From the NCBI GenBank assembly GCA_036381495.1, contig DASVCS010000015.1:5687-69686 (forward strand): a DNA stretch of 64,000 nucleotides, read 5' to 3'. Source of the stretch: Longimicrobiales bacterium. Lineage in GTDB: Bacteria; Gemmatimonadota; Gemmatimonadetes; Longimicrobiales; RSA9. The notes beneath the pieces are model-generated. The model ran no database searches and had not been told where the DNA came from. It saw nothing but the letters and a program-made list of their open reading frames with translations. How positions within the stretch are numbered: the stretch's first letter is position 1; each line of letters opens with the position of its first letter. The position numbers and the translations under genes are program-made. Positions 1 to 8,846 of this stretch are shown piece after piece.

Positions 1-1152
1 GGTGATGGCCGTCGCCTTCCAGTCGTTCAGGAAGAGCATGACGACCACGACCGTGAGCAGCGCGCCCAGGAGCAACTCGTGGATCACGTCTTCCACCGAG
101 TGGCGGATGTCGACCGAGTTGTCCCGGACGACCTGGAGCTCCACACCATCAGGGAGCTCCGCGGCCAGCTCGTCGATCGCCTCGTTGACGCCGTCGGCCA
201 CCGCGACCGTGTTGGCGCCGGAGACCTTGAGGATGTCGAGCGAGACGGCGCGCTGGCCGTTGACGAGCGCGATCGAGCGCTCCTCTTCCGTGGCGTCGAC
301 CACGCGGCCGACCTGGCCGAGCCGGATCGGTTCGCCGCCACGATTGGCGATGATGACGTCGGCGAACTGCGCCGGATCGGTGATGCGGCCGGTGACGCGC
401 ACCAGATCCTCGTGACTGCCTCGCTCGACCCGCCCCGCCGGGACCTCCATGTTCTGGCGCTGGAGCGCGGCCATGACCTGGGAGGTCGAGACGCCCAGCG
501 CGCGCATCTGCTGCGGGTCGAGGAAGATGCGGATCTCGCGGAGCAGGCCGCCCGCGAGCTGGACGTTGCCGACGCCCGAGACGGCCTCGAGCCGCCGCCG
601 CACCGTTTCATCGGCGAGCGTGGTCAATTCCGCGATCGACAGCTCGTCCGAGGCGAGCGCGAGCGAGAGGATCGGCTGCGCCGCCGGGTCGAACTTCTGC
701 ACGACGGGCGCCTCGATGTCGAGCGGGAGTTCGCGCCGGATGGCGTCGATCTTCGCCCGGATGTCCTGCGCCGCCTGATCGCCATCGCGTTCGAGCTCGA
801 ACTCGACAATGATCTGGGACATGCCTTCGAGCGACACCGACGTGATCCGGTCCACGCCCTCGACCGGATTGAAGGCCTCCTCGAGCGGCCGCGTGACCTC
901 GCGCTCGATGGTCTCCGGACTCGCACCCGGGTAGACCGTCTGCACGACGACCACCGGGATGTCCACCTCCGGGAACTGATCGATCGGCAGCCGGCGGAAG
1001 CTGAAGAGGCCGAGCACGATCAGGCCGAGCATCACCATCGCGGTGAAGATGGGGCGGCGGATCGCAATGCCGCTCAGTCCGCCACCGCTGCTCGCGCCGC
1101 CGTCGCCGCCGCCGGCCTCATCCGGCGGCCGGGATTGCATTTCTTCCGTCAT
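1..1152 (-). CDS. RND (AcrB/HAE1-type) efflux pump permease, N-terminal 384 codons only; the gene runs off the left edge
   Basis: Not in the ORF track because it is open at the window edge. My reverse translation from the ATG at 1152 gives MTEEMQSRPP...GIAIRRPIFTAMVMLGLIVLGLFSFRRLPIDQFPEVDIPVVVVQTVYPGASPETIEREVTRPLEEAF, a canonical AcrB-family N-terminus. The ATG overlaps the TGA of the upstream adaptor gene (ATGA, 1149-1152). Listed + ORF 79..1518 is its antisense shadow. Confidence 0.85.
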   Translation of the reverse strand, partial: MTEEMQSRPPDEAGGGDGGASSGGGLSGIAIRRPIFTAMVMLGLIVLGLFSFRRLPIDQFPEVDIPVVVVQTVYPGASPETIEREVTRPLEEAFNPVEGVDRITSVSLEGMSQIIVEFELERDGDQAAQDIRAKIDAIRRELPLDIEAPVVQKFDPAAQPILSLALASDELSIAELTTLADETVRRRLEAVSGVGNVQLAGGLLREIRIFLDPQQMRALGVSTSQVMAALQRQNMEVPAGRVERGSHEDLVRVTGRITDPAQFADVIIANRGGEPIRLGQVGRVVDATEEERSIALVNGQRAVSLDILKVSGANTVAVADGVNEAIDELAAELPDGVELQVVRDNSVDIRHSVEDVIHELLLGALLTVVVVMLFLNDWKATAIT

Positions 1153-2339
1153 TGTTCCCCCGTCGCGGATGTGGAGGCCTTCTCGGCCGTAACGGAAACG
1201 CCCTCGACGTTTTCGGTGGCAATGCGGACGCGTGCGCCGTCGGTCAGCGCTCCGGGCGAGACCACCACGCGCTCGCCGCCGGCGAGGCCTTCGGTGACCT
1301 GGACCACGCCGCGGCGCTCGTCGCGCGCGCCCGTCCGGACGGGGCGCCGTGTGGCGGTCCCGTCCGCGACCACCCAGACGTACGGCTCGTCGCCCTGCGG
1401 CGAGCGTACCGCCGGGATCGGCACGACCACTGCCTCTTGTTCGGCGCCCGTCAGGACCCGGCCGGTGGCGAAGAGTCCGCCCACGAGCCCGTTCGCCTCG
1501 TTCTCCAGGCGCAGGTAGACGCCGACCTGCCGCGTGGCCGGATCCGCGGTCGGCTCGATGCGGGCCACCTCGCCGCGGAAGACCCGGCCGGCGTACGCAT
1601 CCAACGTGAACTCGACGGGCATCCCGACGCGAACCCGCGCCGCCTGGTCGACCGGGATCTGACCCGCCAGCTCGAGGGTGTCGGTGTTCACCACGGTGAA
1701 CAGTGCATCCCCGGGGCTCACGGCCTCGCCCTCGCTGACCATGCGCCGGCTGACCTCACCGGTGATCGGCGCTTCGATGGTGGTGCGCTGCGCGGACTCG
1801 ATCGCGCTTGCGGCCTGCGCCTGCGCTGCCGCGAGCTGCGCCTGCGCCGCCTCGAACGCCGCCTCCGCGCTCTTGAAGTCGATGTCCGACATCGCCCCAG
1901 CTTCGTGGAGCTTGCGCGCCGATTCGAGCTGCTGCTGCGCCAGGACGCGGTTGGCCTCGGCCGCCGCAACCGCGGCGCGCGCGCCCGCGGCCTGGCTGCG
2001 GATCCCCTCCGCCTCGATCGTGGCCATCACCTGGCCGCGCCGGACCGCACTGCCGCGGTCAACCCGGAGCTGGCCGATCAGCCCCGGCACCTGCGCGCGA
2101 ACCTCGACCACGCGGTACGGGTTCAACGATCCGGTCAGGACCACGCTCCCGCGAATCGTGGACCGTTCCGCGACCGCCACATCGCGGGGCGAGAGCACGA
2201 CCGCCGTGGTCTCCGCACCCGCCTCGATCGCCGCGGCTTCCGCGGGCGCCTTGCCCGCGCCGCACCCTGCGGCCGCGATCACGAGCGCGGCGGCCGCGAT
2301 TGTATACGTACCTCGGTTCCTGCCGTCGTACCGACTCAT
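1149..2339 (-). CDS. RND efflux periplasmic adaptor (HlyD/AcrA-type membrane fusion protein)
   Basis: ORF 1149..2516(-), trimmed to the ATG at 2339 (MSRYDGRNRGTYTIAAAALVIAAAGCGAG, lipoprotein-like signal). It has an Ala/Gln-rich coiled-coil hairpin (AAFEAAQAQLAAAQAQAA) and beta-barrel segments typical of MFPs. It lies between the TolC-like and RND genes and its stop is coupled to the RND start. Confidence 0.85.
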   Translation of the reverse strand: MSRYDGRNRGTYTIAAAALVIAAAGCGAGKAPAEAAAIEAGAETTAVVLSPRDVAVAERSTIRGSVVLTGSLNPYRVVEVRAQVPGLIGQLRVDRGSAVRRGQVMATIEAEGIRSQAAGARAAVAAAEANRVLAQQQLESARKLHEAGAMSDIDFKSAEAAFEAAQAQLAAAQAQAASAIESAQRTTIEAPITGEVSRRMVSEGEAVSPGDALFTVVNTDTLELAGQIPVDQAARVRVGMPVEFTLDAYAGRVFRGEVARIEPTADPATRQVGVYLRLENEANGLVGGLFATGRVLTGAEQEAVVVPIPAVRSPQGDEPYVWVVADGTATRRPVRTGARDERRGVVQVTEGLAGGERVVVSPGALTDGARVRIATENVEGVSVTAEKASTSATGEQ

Positions 2340-2412
2340 CGAAGACTCTCTATCGTTGGGTTCAACCCTTTCGGCCCGCGCCGACCCCCTCCCGAGGGGC
2401 CGAGCGCGGTGC

Positions 2413-3921
2413 TCAGTGTTCACCGGAATCCTGCCCGGACCGCACCCGCCGATTCGCGACGGCCGAGCCGCCACGAGCCCGCTGGACAGACGCGTCGGCG
2501 ATATAGTAATCGGCAATCGCCTGAGCCAGGTTCGTCCGGGCCTGGAGCAGCGCCAGGCGCGACTCGGACACTTCGAGCTGCGTCGCCACGCCCTGCTCGT
2601 ACCGCAGCACGGTCAGGTCGTAGACGCGCTCGGCGACGTCGGCCGTGCGCTCGCGCGCGGCGATCGCGGACAGTGCGCGCTCGCGCTCGGCCCGTGCCCG
2701 CTCGTAGTCGAGCTGGACCGATTCCTTGAGTTGCTCCACCTGGAGCCGGGCCTGGTCCAGTTCGGCACGCGCTCTGCTGACCTCCGCGGCCCGACGGAAC
2801 CCCTGGAAAAGCGGGATGTCCACCCCGATCGAGACCGTCCAGTCCGTGCGCCACTCACCACCGAAGTCGAACGTCGACGCCGGGTAGAGCTGGCGGCCGT
2901 ACGCCGTGCTCAACGACACGCTCGGCAGGAACGCGCCCTTCGCGATCCTCACCTGCTGCTCCCGGATCGCCACCTGTCGCTCGGCCGCCTCGACCGCCGG
3001 CCGCTCCTCGACGACTTCCACCGCCGACGGCGCCGACACCGTCCGCGTCGCGGCCGGCGGCGGCTCGAGCGGCGTGGTCAACTCGACCGTCCGCGTCAGC
3101 GGGATGTCCAACAGCCGCTTCAGATTCAGCATGGCGAGGTCCGCGGCGTTCCGCGCCTCGACGAGCTGCGGCCGGAGATTGTCCCGCGAGACCTCGGCAC
3201 GCATGACTTCGAGTTCCGAGGCACGGCCGGCTTCGAGACGCAGCCGCTCCTGCGAGAGGAACCGCTCCGCCTGCTCGAGCGCCTCCTCCGCGATGGTCTC
3301 CGTTTCCCGCGCCAGCAAGGCCTGGTAATACGCGGTCCGAACCTGCTGCTCGACCTCCGCACGCGCCTCGGCCAGACTCAGCCGCGCCGACTCCGTGAAA
3401 TGATCCGCCGCCTCGAGCGCCGCACCGACCCGGCCACCCGAATACAGGAGCTGCGACGCCGTGATCGATGCATTGTACGCGTTCTCCTGGCCGAACGGCA
3501 GATCGCTGAACAGGCCGCCGAGCGCGCCGAACGCAGCGTTCGGCACCTTCTCCTCGAGATACGTCACCCGGTCCTCCAACGGCAGCGACGGATCCGGATC
3601 GAAACGCAGAGAGTCCGGCAACGTGAACCCATCGCCCGTATCGAACTGCGAGGCCAGCGTCCGCGTGTATCCGAGGCTCAGGTTGATCTGTGGCAGGGCA
3701 TCGGCGCGCGCCGCCGTGACCTGCGCCTCCGCCACCTCGACGCTCGCGCGCGCCATCTTTACTTCCTGACTCTCCTCGAGCGCATGATGTATCGCCTCAT
3801 CGAGACTGATCCGCACGACAGCGGTGTCCGCTCCAGCCGCGGCCGGCGGTTCCTGCGCCCGGACCGCGCCGGGCATCCCGATCAAAGCCACCAGCGCCGT
3901 CGCCGACGCAATTCCCTTCAT
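2413..3921 (-). CDS. TolC-family outer membrane efflux protein
   Basis: ORF 2413..3936(-). The signal peptide is MKGIASATALVALIGMPGAVRAQ, with GAGGAG 7 nt upstream of the ATG at 3921. Two OEP-type repeats are present (LSLDEAIHHALEESQEVKMARASVEVAEAQV..., ERQVAIREQQVRIAKGAFLPSVSLS...). Confidence 0.85.
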   Translation of the reverse strand: MKGIASATALVALIGMPGAVRAQEPPAAAGADTAVVRISLDEAIHHALEESQEVKMARASVEVAEAQVTAARADALPQINLSLGYTRTLASQFDTGDGFTLPDSLRFDPDPSLPLEDRVTYLEEKVPNAAFGALGGLFSDLPFGQENAYNASITASQLLYSGGRVGAALEAADHFTESARLSLAEARAEVEQQVRTAYYQALLARETETIAEEALEQAERFLSQERLRLEAGRASELEVMRAEVSRDNLRPQLVEARNAADLAMLNLKRLLDIPLTRTVELTTPLEPPPAATRTVSAPSAVEVVEERPAVEAAERQVAIREQQVRIAKGAFLPSVSLSTAYGRQLYPASTFDFGGEWRTDWTVSIGVDIPLFQGFRRAAEVSRARAELDQARLQVEQLKESVQLDYERARAERERALSAIAARERTADVAERVYDLTVLRYEQGVATQLEVSESRLALLQARTNLAQAIADYYIADASVQRARGGSAVANRRVRSGQDSGEH

Positions 3922-4198
3922 CGTTCTCCTCACCATCTATCCTGTTCGGCCGGCGCCGCCCCGACACCCCTCTCGATGAACGGCGCCGGGATCCACGCCC
4001 GCCAATCCGTAGGGCACGGCCCTCGCCGCGGCCATGCCGTCTTCAAAGAACGCGCGGAGCGCCCCGAGCCTGTCACGGGCCTCCCGCGACACGGCGAGAC
4101 GCCCACAGCGGCTCGGGTGGGATCACACCGCTACCGCCGCGCGCCCGGAGCCCGTCCGACGGCCTCTGGACGGACGGCCATCGCGTCGTCAGGCTCTC

Positions 4199-4224
4199 CT
4201 GGACCGCCGCCTCCGGCGGTCCAG
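4199..4224 (-). terminator. GC-rich perfect hairpin between tetR and the tolC-like gene (candidate attenuator or terminator, no U-tract)
   Basis: CTGGACCGCCG-cctc-CGGCGGTCCAG: an 11-bp perfect stem and 4-nt loop, about 120 nt downstream of the TetR stop on the minus strand. Confidence 0.25.
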
Positions 4225-4342
4225 GTCACTTCGCCCCGCCGGCGCCGCCGGCGCTTCCACGCCTCGGCGCCGGCGGGGCCGCTCGTATCCATACCGGCCA
4301 TTGCCCACGTCATCGAACACTGCTTCGCCGCGGCATCACCGC

Positions 4343-5128
4343 TCATGCATGGGTCCGGCCCTCGAGCCCCCGCCAGAGAATGCGCGCCAGCTCCGGCGCG
4401 ATCGATTCCGGATCCACCTGCTCGGGGTGCACGAGCCAGTTCAGCACCAGACCGTTGACCAGGCACCGGAAGAGGATGGCGATCGCTCGAGGATTCAGCT
4501 CGGGGCAGAGGCGTCCTTCGCGCTGCATCCGGCGGGCGGTCGCCGTGGCCATTTCCTGACCCGATCGGTGGAGGTCGCGGAGCCGCTTCCGGACCTCGGG
4601 GTCACGGCTCGACGCGGAAAACTCCATGTACAGGCGCGGCCACTCAGGATGGCAGCGGCCCATGGCGATCTGCTCACGCAGCAGGTTCGCCAGACCATCC
4701 ACGGGGTCCTCCGCTTCCGCCATGCGGCGCACCGCCGCCGGGAGCGTCTCGCACCAGCGCTTCACGTCCGCTTCCAGGAGTGCCAGGAAGAGGTCGCACT
4801 TGCTGGCGAAGTGCCAGTAGACCGCGCCCTTCGTCATTCCGGCGTCCGCCGCGACCTGGTCCACGGTGGCGCCGTTGTAGCCATGGCGCGCGAAGACGCG
4901 GGACGCGGCGGCAAGGATCCGCTCGCGGGTGCTGGGCGCGCCGTCGACTAGGTCCGGACTCTCGACGGCCAACCACGCCCTGAGCTGCTCGCGGCCGCCC
5001 AGGTGACGCCGGACGGTCGGCCAGCTCACATCCGCATGGCGCGCGATCCGCGCGAGACTGATCTGCTCGATCGGCGTGTCGGTGACGAGCTCGCGCACCG
5101 CGGCCAGGATTCGTTCGCGGACGGTCAT
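4343..5128 (-). CDS. TetR-family transcriptional regulator with two tandem TetR_N-like HTH segments
   Basis: ORF 4343..5155(-); ATG at 5128 (MTVRERIL...). The second HTH, RERILAAASRVFARHGYNGATVDQVAADAGMTKGAVYWHFASKCDLFLALLE, is classic TetR_N. An earlier segment, RERILAAVRELVTDTPIEQISLARIARHADVSWPTVRRHLGGREQL, has the same pattern. It lies upstream of, and co-oriented with, the efflux operon. Confidence 0.85.
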   Translation of the reverse strand: MTVRERILAAVRELVTDTPIEQISLARIARHADVSWPTVRRHLGGREQLRAWLAVESPDLVDGAPSTRERILAAASRVFARHGYNGATVDQVAADAGMTKGAVYWHFASKCDLFLALLEADVKRWCETLPAAVRRMAEAEDPVDGLANLLREQIAMGRCHPEWPRLYMEFSASSRDPEVRKRLRDLHRSGQEMATATARRMQREGRLCPELNPRAIAILFRCLVNGLVLNWLVHPEQVDPESIAPELARILWRGLEGRTHA

Positions 5129-5169
5129 CGCGGTAGTGGCATCGGGGCCGAACAAACTGGCGGGTATTC

Positions 5170-5189
5170 GATTCCCATACTCATGGGAA
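5170..5189. promoter_or_regulatory. Candidate TetR operator (8-bp inverted repeat)
   Basis: ATTCCCAT-actc-ATGGGAAT, a perfect inverted repeat 42 nt upstream of the TetR ATG. It is an AT-containing island in otherwise GC-rich DNA. Confidence 0.5.
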
Positions 5190-5736
5190 TGGAAGCTAGC
5201 TCCGAGCGGGTGAACGAGTCAAGGGGGCGCCCGAGACTGCGGGTGCGACGCGGCGCGGGGCCCGGGATCGGACGGGATGCCGCGGACGGAACCTGCGTAG
5301 GCGGTCGATCCCGATTGCGACGGCCGTACGGTCGGGCCGCGTGGCGTGTTTCATCGTCCACGCCCGGCCGGATGCGGCGTCGTGTTCCGGGGCCGGGCCC
5401 GGGCGGGACCGTGGGGGCGTCCGCGAGGCCGGAGGCCGGCGGACGCGTAGCCGGAGCGGATCCGTGTACCGGTGGTTGCCGGTGTTGTTCCCGTGCGTGT
5501 GTCGCGGTGCGCGGTCGGCGCTCGCGCCGGCGGGTCCGGCGACGCGGGCCAGGCGCGTCGCGGTGCGCGTCGCGGTGCGGCGGGGCGCGTTCGGGTCGTT
5601 GGAGGGTAGCAGTGGCGGGCGGGATGCCGGGCGCCGTCCGGGGTGGCGTCGCGCCGGTCTTTCGCGGGGCCGGGCGAGAGCGCACTATTGCGGCGCCCGG
5701 GGGGCCACGACGACGCACAAAGGGGGACGACACGGG

Positions 5737-7620
5737 ATGACCTGGACGATCGACGATTCCCGCGAACTGTACAACATCGACGGCTGGGGAATCGATTACT
5801 TCGGGATCAACGAGAAGGGGCACGTCACGGTCCATCCGACCAAGGACCCCGACCGAGGCCTCGATCTCTTCGAGTTGGCCATGGATCTCGAGGCCCAGGG
5901 CGTGGGGCTGCCGCTCCTGCTGCGCTTCTCGGACATCCTCCGCACGCGCATCGAGACGCTCACCGAGCGGTTCCGTACCGCGATCCGGGAATTCGGCTAC
6001 GAGGGCGAGTATACGACGGTCTACCCGATCAAGGTGAACCAGCAGCGGCACGTGGTCGAGGAGATCGTGGGGTTCGGCGAGCGCTACGGCGCGGGACTCG
6101 AGGTGGGGAGCAAACCCGAGCTCCAGGCGGTGCTGGCGCTGACCGAGCGGACGGATCACATGATCATCTGCAACGGCTACAAGGATGAGGAGTACATCCG
6201 GCTGGCGCTGATCGGGCAGAAGCTCGGGCACACGGTGCTGATCGTGATCGAGAAGATCGGCGAGGTGGACACGCTGCTGCGGGTCGCCGCCGAGATGGAC
6301 GTGCGGCCGACGGCGGGTGTGCGCATCAAGCTGTCGGCGACCGGTGCGGGCCGTTGGTCGGAGACGGCGGGCGAGCGGAGCAAGTTCGGCTTGAACGCGT
6401 CGCAGTTGGCGCGGGTCCTGGACAAGCTCGAAGCGGCCGGGCGGCTGGACATCCTGAAGATGGTGCATTTCCACCTGGGCTCGCAGATCCCGGACATCCG
6501 GAACGTGAAGCTGGCGATGACGGAGGTCTCACGCTTCTACGTCGAGCTGCGCAAGCTCGGGGTGGATATCACGTACGTGGATGTGGGCGGCGGGCTGGGC
6601 GTCGACTACGACGGCTCGCGTTCGACGGCGTCGGCGAGCGTGAACTATTCGATCCAGGAGTACGCGAACGACATCATCTACTCGCTGGCCGAGGCGTGCC
6701 GGGAGGCCGAGATCCCGATGCCGCACGTGATCTCGGAGTCGGGTCGAGCGCTGACGGCGCATCACGCGTTGCTGCTGATCAACGTGGTGGATCTCGAGAC
6801 GCAGATCGAGGAGGTGCCGGAGTCGGTCCCCGAGGATGCCCATCCTCTGGTCCAGGAGCTGGCCGCGACGCTGCGCGAGGTGGGCGAGCGGGGCGTGCGG
6901 GAGGTGTACCATGACGCGTCGTTCGCGAGGGACCAGATGCGGACGCACTTCAACAGCGGCGTGCTGACGTTGCGGGAGCGTGCGTTGGCGGAGCGGCTGT
7001 ACCTCGCGATCATGAACCGGGTCGCGCAGCTCGTGTCGAACGATCCGGAGGAGTACGACGACATCCTGCCGGAGCTCGAGGCGATCCTGATCGATCGGTA
7101 TTTCTGCAACTTCTCGCTGTTCCAGTCGCTACCGGACTCGTGGGCGATCGACCAGCTCTTCCCGATCCTGCCGATCCACCGTTTGGACGAAGAGCCGACG
7201 CGGCGCGGGACGCTCCAGGACGTGACGTGCGATTCGGATGGAAAGATCGACCGGTTCATCGGTCCGCGCGCTCCGAAGCCGAGCCTGGAGCTGCACACCT
7301 TCCGGCCGGACGAGCCGTACATTCTGGGGATCTTCCTGACCGGCGCGTACCAGGAGATCCTGGGCGATCTCCACAACCTGTTCGGTGACACCAACGCGGT
7401 GCACATCCGGCTGACGGCCACGGGCTACGAGGTGGGCAACCTGGTCCACGGCGACACGATCACCGAGGTCCTGAACTACGTGCAGTTCAACGCACAGGAC
7501 CTGATCACCACGTTTCGGCGGAAGGTGCAGAACGCGCGGAACATCAGTCGGGCCGAGGCCAATGCCTTCATTGCGGATTACATCGGCGGGCTGGCGGGGT
7601 ACACGTATCTGGAGGGCTAG
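5737..7620 (+). CDS. speA: Biosynthetic arginine decarboxylase
   Basis: ORF 5341..7620(+), trimmed to the ATG at 5737. MTWTIDDSRELYNIDGWGIDYFGINEKGHVTVHP...LLLRFSDILRTRIETL...YPIKVNQQRHVVEEI is the typical SpeA N-terminus plus PLP-barrel. 627 aa. Confidence 0.9.
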   Translation: MTWTIDDSRELYNIDGWGIDYFGINEKGHVTVHPTKDPDRGLDLFELAMDLEAQGVGLPLLLRFSDILRTRIETLTERFRTAIREFGYEGEYTTVYPIKVNQQRHVVEEIVGFGERYGAGLEVGSKPELQAVLALTERTDHMIICNGYKDEEYIRLALIGQKLGHTVLIVIEKIGEVDTLLRVAAEMDVRPTAGVRIKLSATGAGRWSETAGERSKFGLNASQLARVLDKLEAAGRLDILKMVHFHLGSQIPDIRNVKLAMTEVSRFYVELRKLGVDITYVDVGGGLGVDYDGSRSTASASVNYSIQEYANDIIYSLAEACREAEIPMPHVISESGRALTAHHALLLINVVDLETQIEEVPESVPEDAHPLVQELAATLREVGERGVREVYHDASFARDQMRTHFNSGVLTLRERALAERLYLAIMNRVAQLVSNDPEEYDDILPELEAILIDRYFCNFSLFQSLPDSWAIDQLFPILPIHRLDEEPTRRGTLQDVTCDSDGKIDRFIGPRAPKPSLELHTFRPDEPYILGIFLTGAYQEILGDLHNLFGDTNAVHIRLTATGYEVGNLVHGDTITEVLNYVQFNAQDLITTFRRKVQNARNISRAEANAFIADYIGGLAGYTYLEG

Positions 7621-7645
7621 GGCTAGGGCTAGGGCTGGGGCTAGG
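7614..7645 (+). repeat. (GGGCTA)3-GGGCTG-GGGCTA hexamer array (repeat family A, minimal copy)
   Basis: Read directly. The array fills the whole convergent intergenic spacer. It contains the speA TAG (7618-7620) and the CTA (7641-7643) that is the stop of the minus-strand gene. Confidence 0.9.
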
Positions 7646-8681
7646 CCTCGACGAAGAGGGTGCTGAGCCAGCGGCGGGTGCGGCGGCCGCGGCAGAGGGG
7701 CGGGAGGAGGGCGAAGCTGAGGTCGCGGAGCGGGCGCCGGAGCCAGGCGCGGGCGATGGCATCGTGGATGCGCTTGATCCGGAGCCACGCGCGCGTCTTC
7801 GAGGGCGGGAAGCTCGGCTCGAGGATCCGGCGCGCGGTCTCCTCTCCCGTGACCAGTGCGGCGTAGATCCCCTCGCCGGTGAGTCCGGACGCGACGCCGG
7901 CGGCATCGCCGACCAGGTGGACGCCTCCGGCGAAGTCGAACCCGGCGAAGTCGACTTCGATGGTCGCGCCTTCGTAGGGAGTCTCACCGCGCGCGATGCC
8001 GATCGCGTCGATGCGGCGTTCGAGGTACGGTCGGATCACGGCGGGGCGGACGGCCGCCTTGTGGACGCCGGCGCCGATCGAAACGTAGTCGCTGTGCGGG
8101 AAGACCCAGAAGTACCCGGAGCCGAGCGTCGCGGCATCGGTTTCGACGAAGAGGTGGTCGGCGCGTGCGCCCCGGACGTTGAACTCGGCGGCGTAGAAGG
8201 CGCGCGGCGAGGGGATGCCGAGTGCCCGCCGCACGACGGAGCGGGAGCCGTCTGCGCCGATGAGGTGCCGGTAGCGGATGCGGCGGCCGGCGACCTCGAG
8301 GGTGGACGCCGCGACGTCGATGCGTGAGACGGGCGCCGCCGTGCGGATCTCGGCTCCGGCGGCGCGGGTCCACTCGGCCTGGAAGCGGCCGAGCGTGCGG
8401 CGCGCGAGTGTGCGGACGACCGCGCGTTCCGGATCCAGCGGCACGAGTCTGCCGGCGAAGGCCGCGTGCGCGACGAGCGGCAGACCGGCATCGGAGGGCA
8501 GGCCGAGGGCTTCGAGTTCGCGGACGGCCTTGGTGGTCAGTCCGCCGGCGCACGTCTTCGGCCCGATCTCGGCGTTCTTCTCGAGGACCAGCACCTCGCG
8601 GCCCGCCTCGGCCAGCACCTGAGCAGCGCGTAATCCGGCGGGACCGGCGCCGACCACGATGTTCTCGATCTCTTCGATCAT
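7641..8681 (-). CDS. FAD-dependent oxidoreductase, geranylgeranyl-reductase-like
   Basis: This is the C-terminal part of ORF 7641..9881(-); ATG at 8681. MIEEIENIVVGAGPAGLRAAQVLAEAGREVLVLEKN is a GxGxxG Rossmann fold, followed by IGADGSRSVVRR and VGDAAGVASGLTGEGI motifs. The upstream 400 codons of the listed ORF are Arg/Pro-rich shadow. Confidence 0.8.
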   Translation of the reverse strand: MIEEIENIVVGAGPAGLRAAQVLAEAGREVLVLEKNAEIGPKTCAGGLTTKAVRELEALGLPSDAGLPLVAHAAFAGRLVPLDPERAVVRTLARRTLGRFQAEWTRAAGAEIRTAAPVSRIDVAASTLEVAGRRIRYRHLIGADGSRSVVRRALGIPSPRAFYAAEFNVRGARADHLFVETDAATLGSGYFWVFPHSDYVSIGAGVHKAAVRPAVIRPYLERRIDAIGIARGETPYEGATIEVDFAGFDFAGGVHLVGDAAGVASGLTGEGIYAALVTGEETARRILEPSFPPSKTRAWLRIKRIHDAIARAWLRRPLRDLSFALLPPLCRGRRTRRWLSTLFVEA

Positions 8682-8846
8682 GCCTTCCTCCGGTCCGACC
8701 TCCGGTCCGACTCGAGCGTCATGAGGATGATGCTCCGGGTGCGTTGACGGCAAGACCGGCGCCCGCCGGGCGCCGGATGTCGGACGTTGCGCGACGATGG
8801 GGTCGTCACGTACTCTACGGGTACGTGGAACAGCCCGAAGGACCGT

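Noticed and set aside
79-1518. Very long ORFs antisense or out of frame to real genes. Examples are 79..1518 +, 1678..4458 +, 5125..6474 -, 10265..12538 -, 12528..15716 -, 24879..27305 -, 46890..49664 - and 54603..56417 +.
   Set aside because: Their translations are dominated by Arg/Pro/Gly/Ala/His runs with no motifs. They lie opposite to, or overlap, genes with clear family signatures. These are the typical shadow ORFs of about 70% GC DNA.
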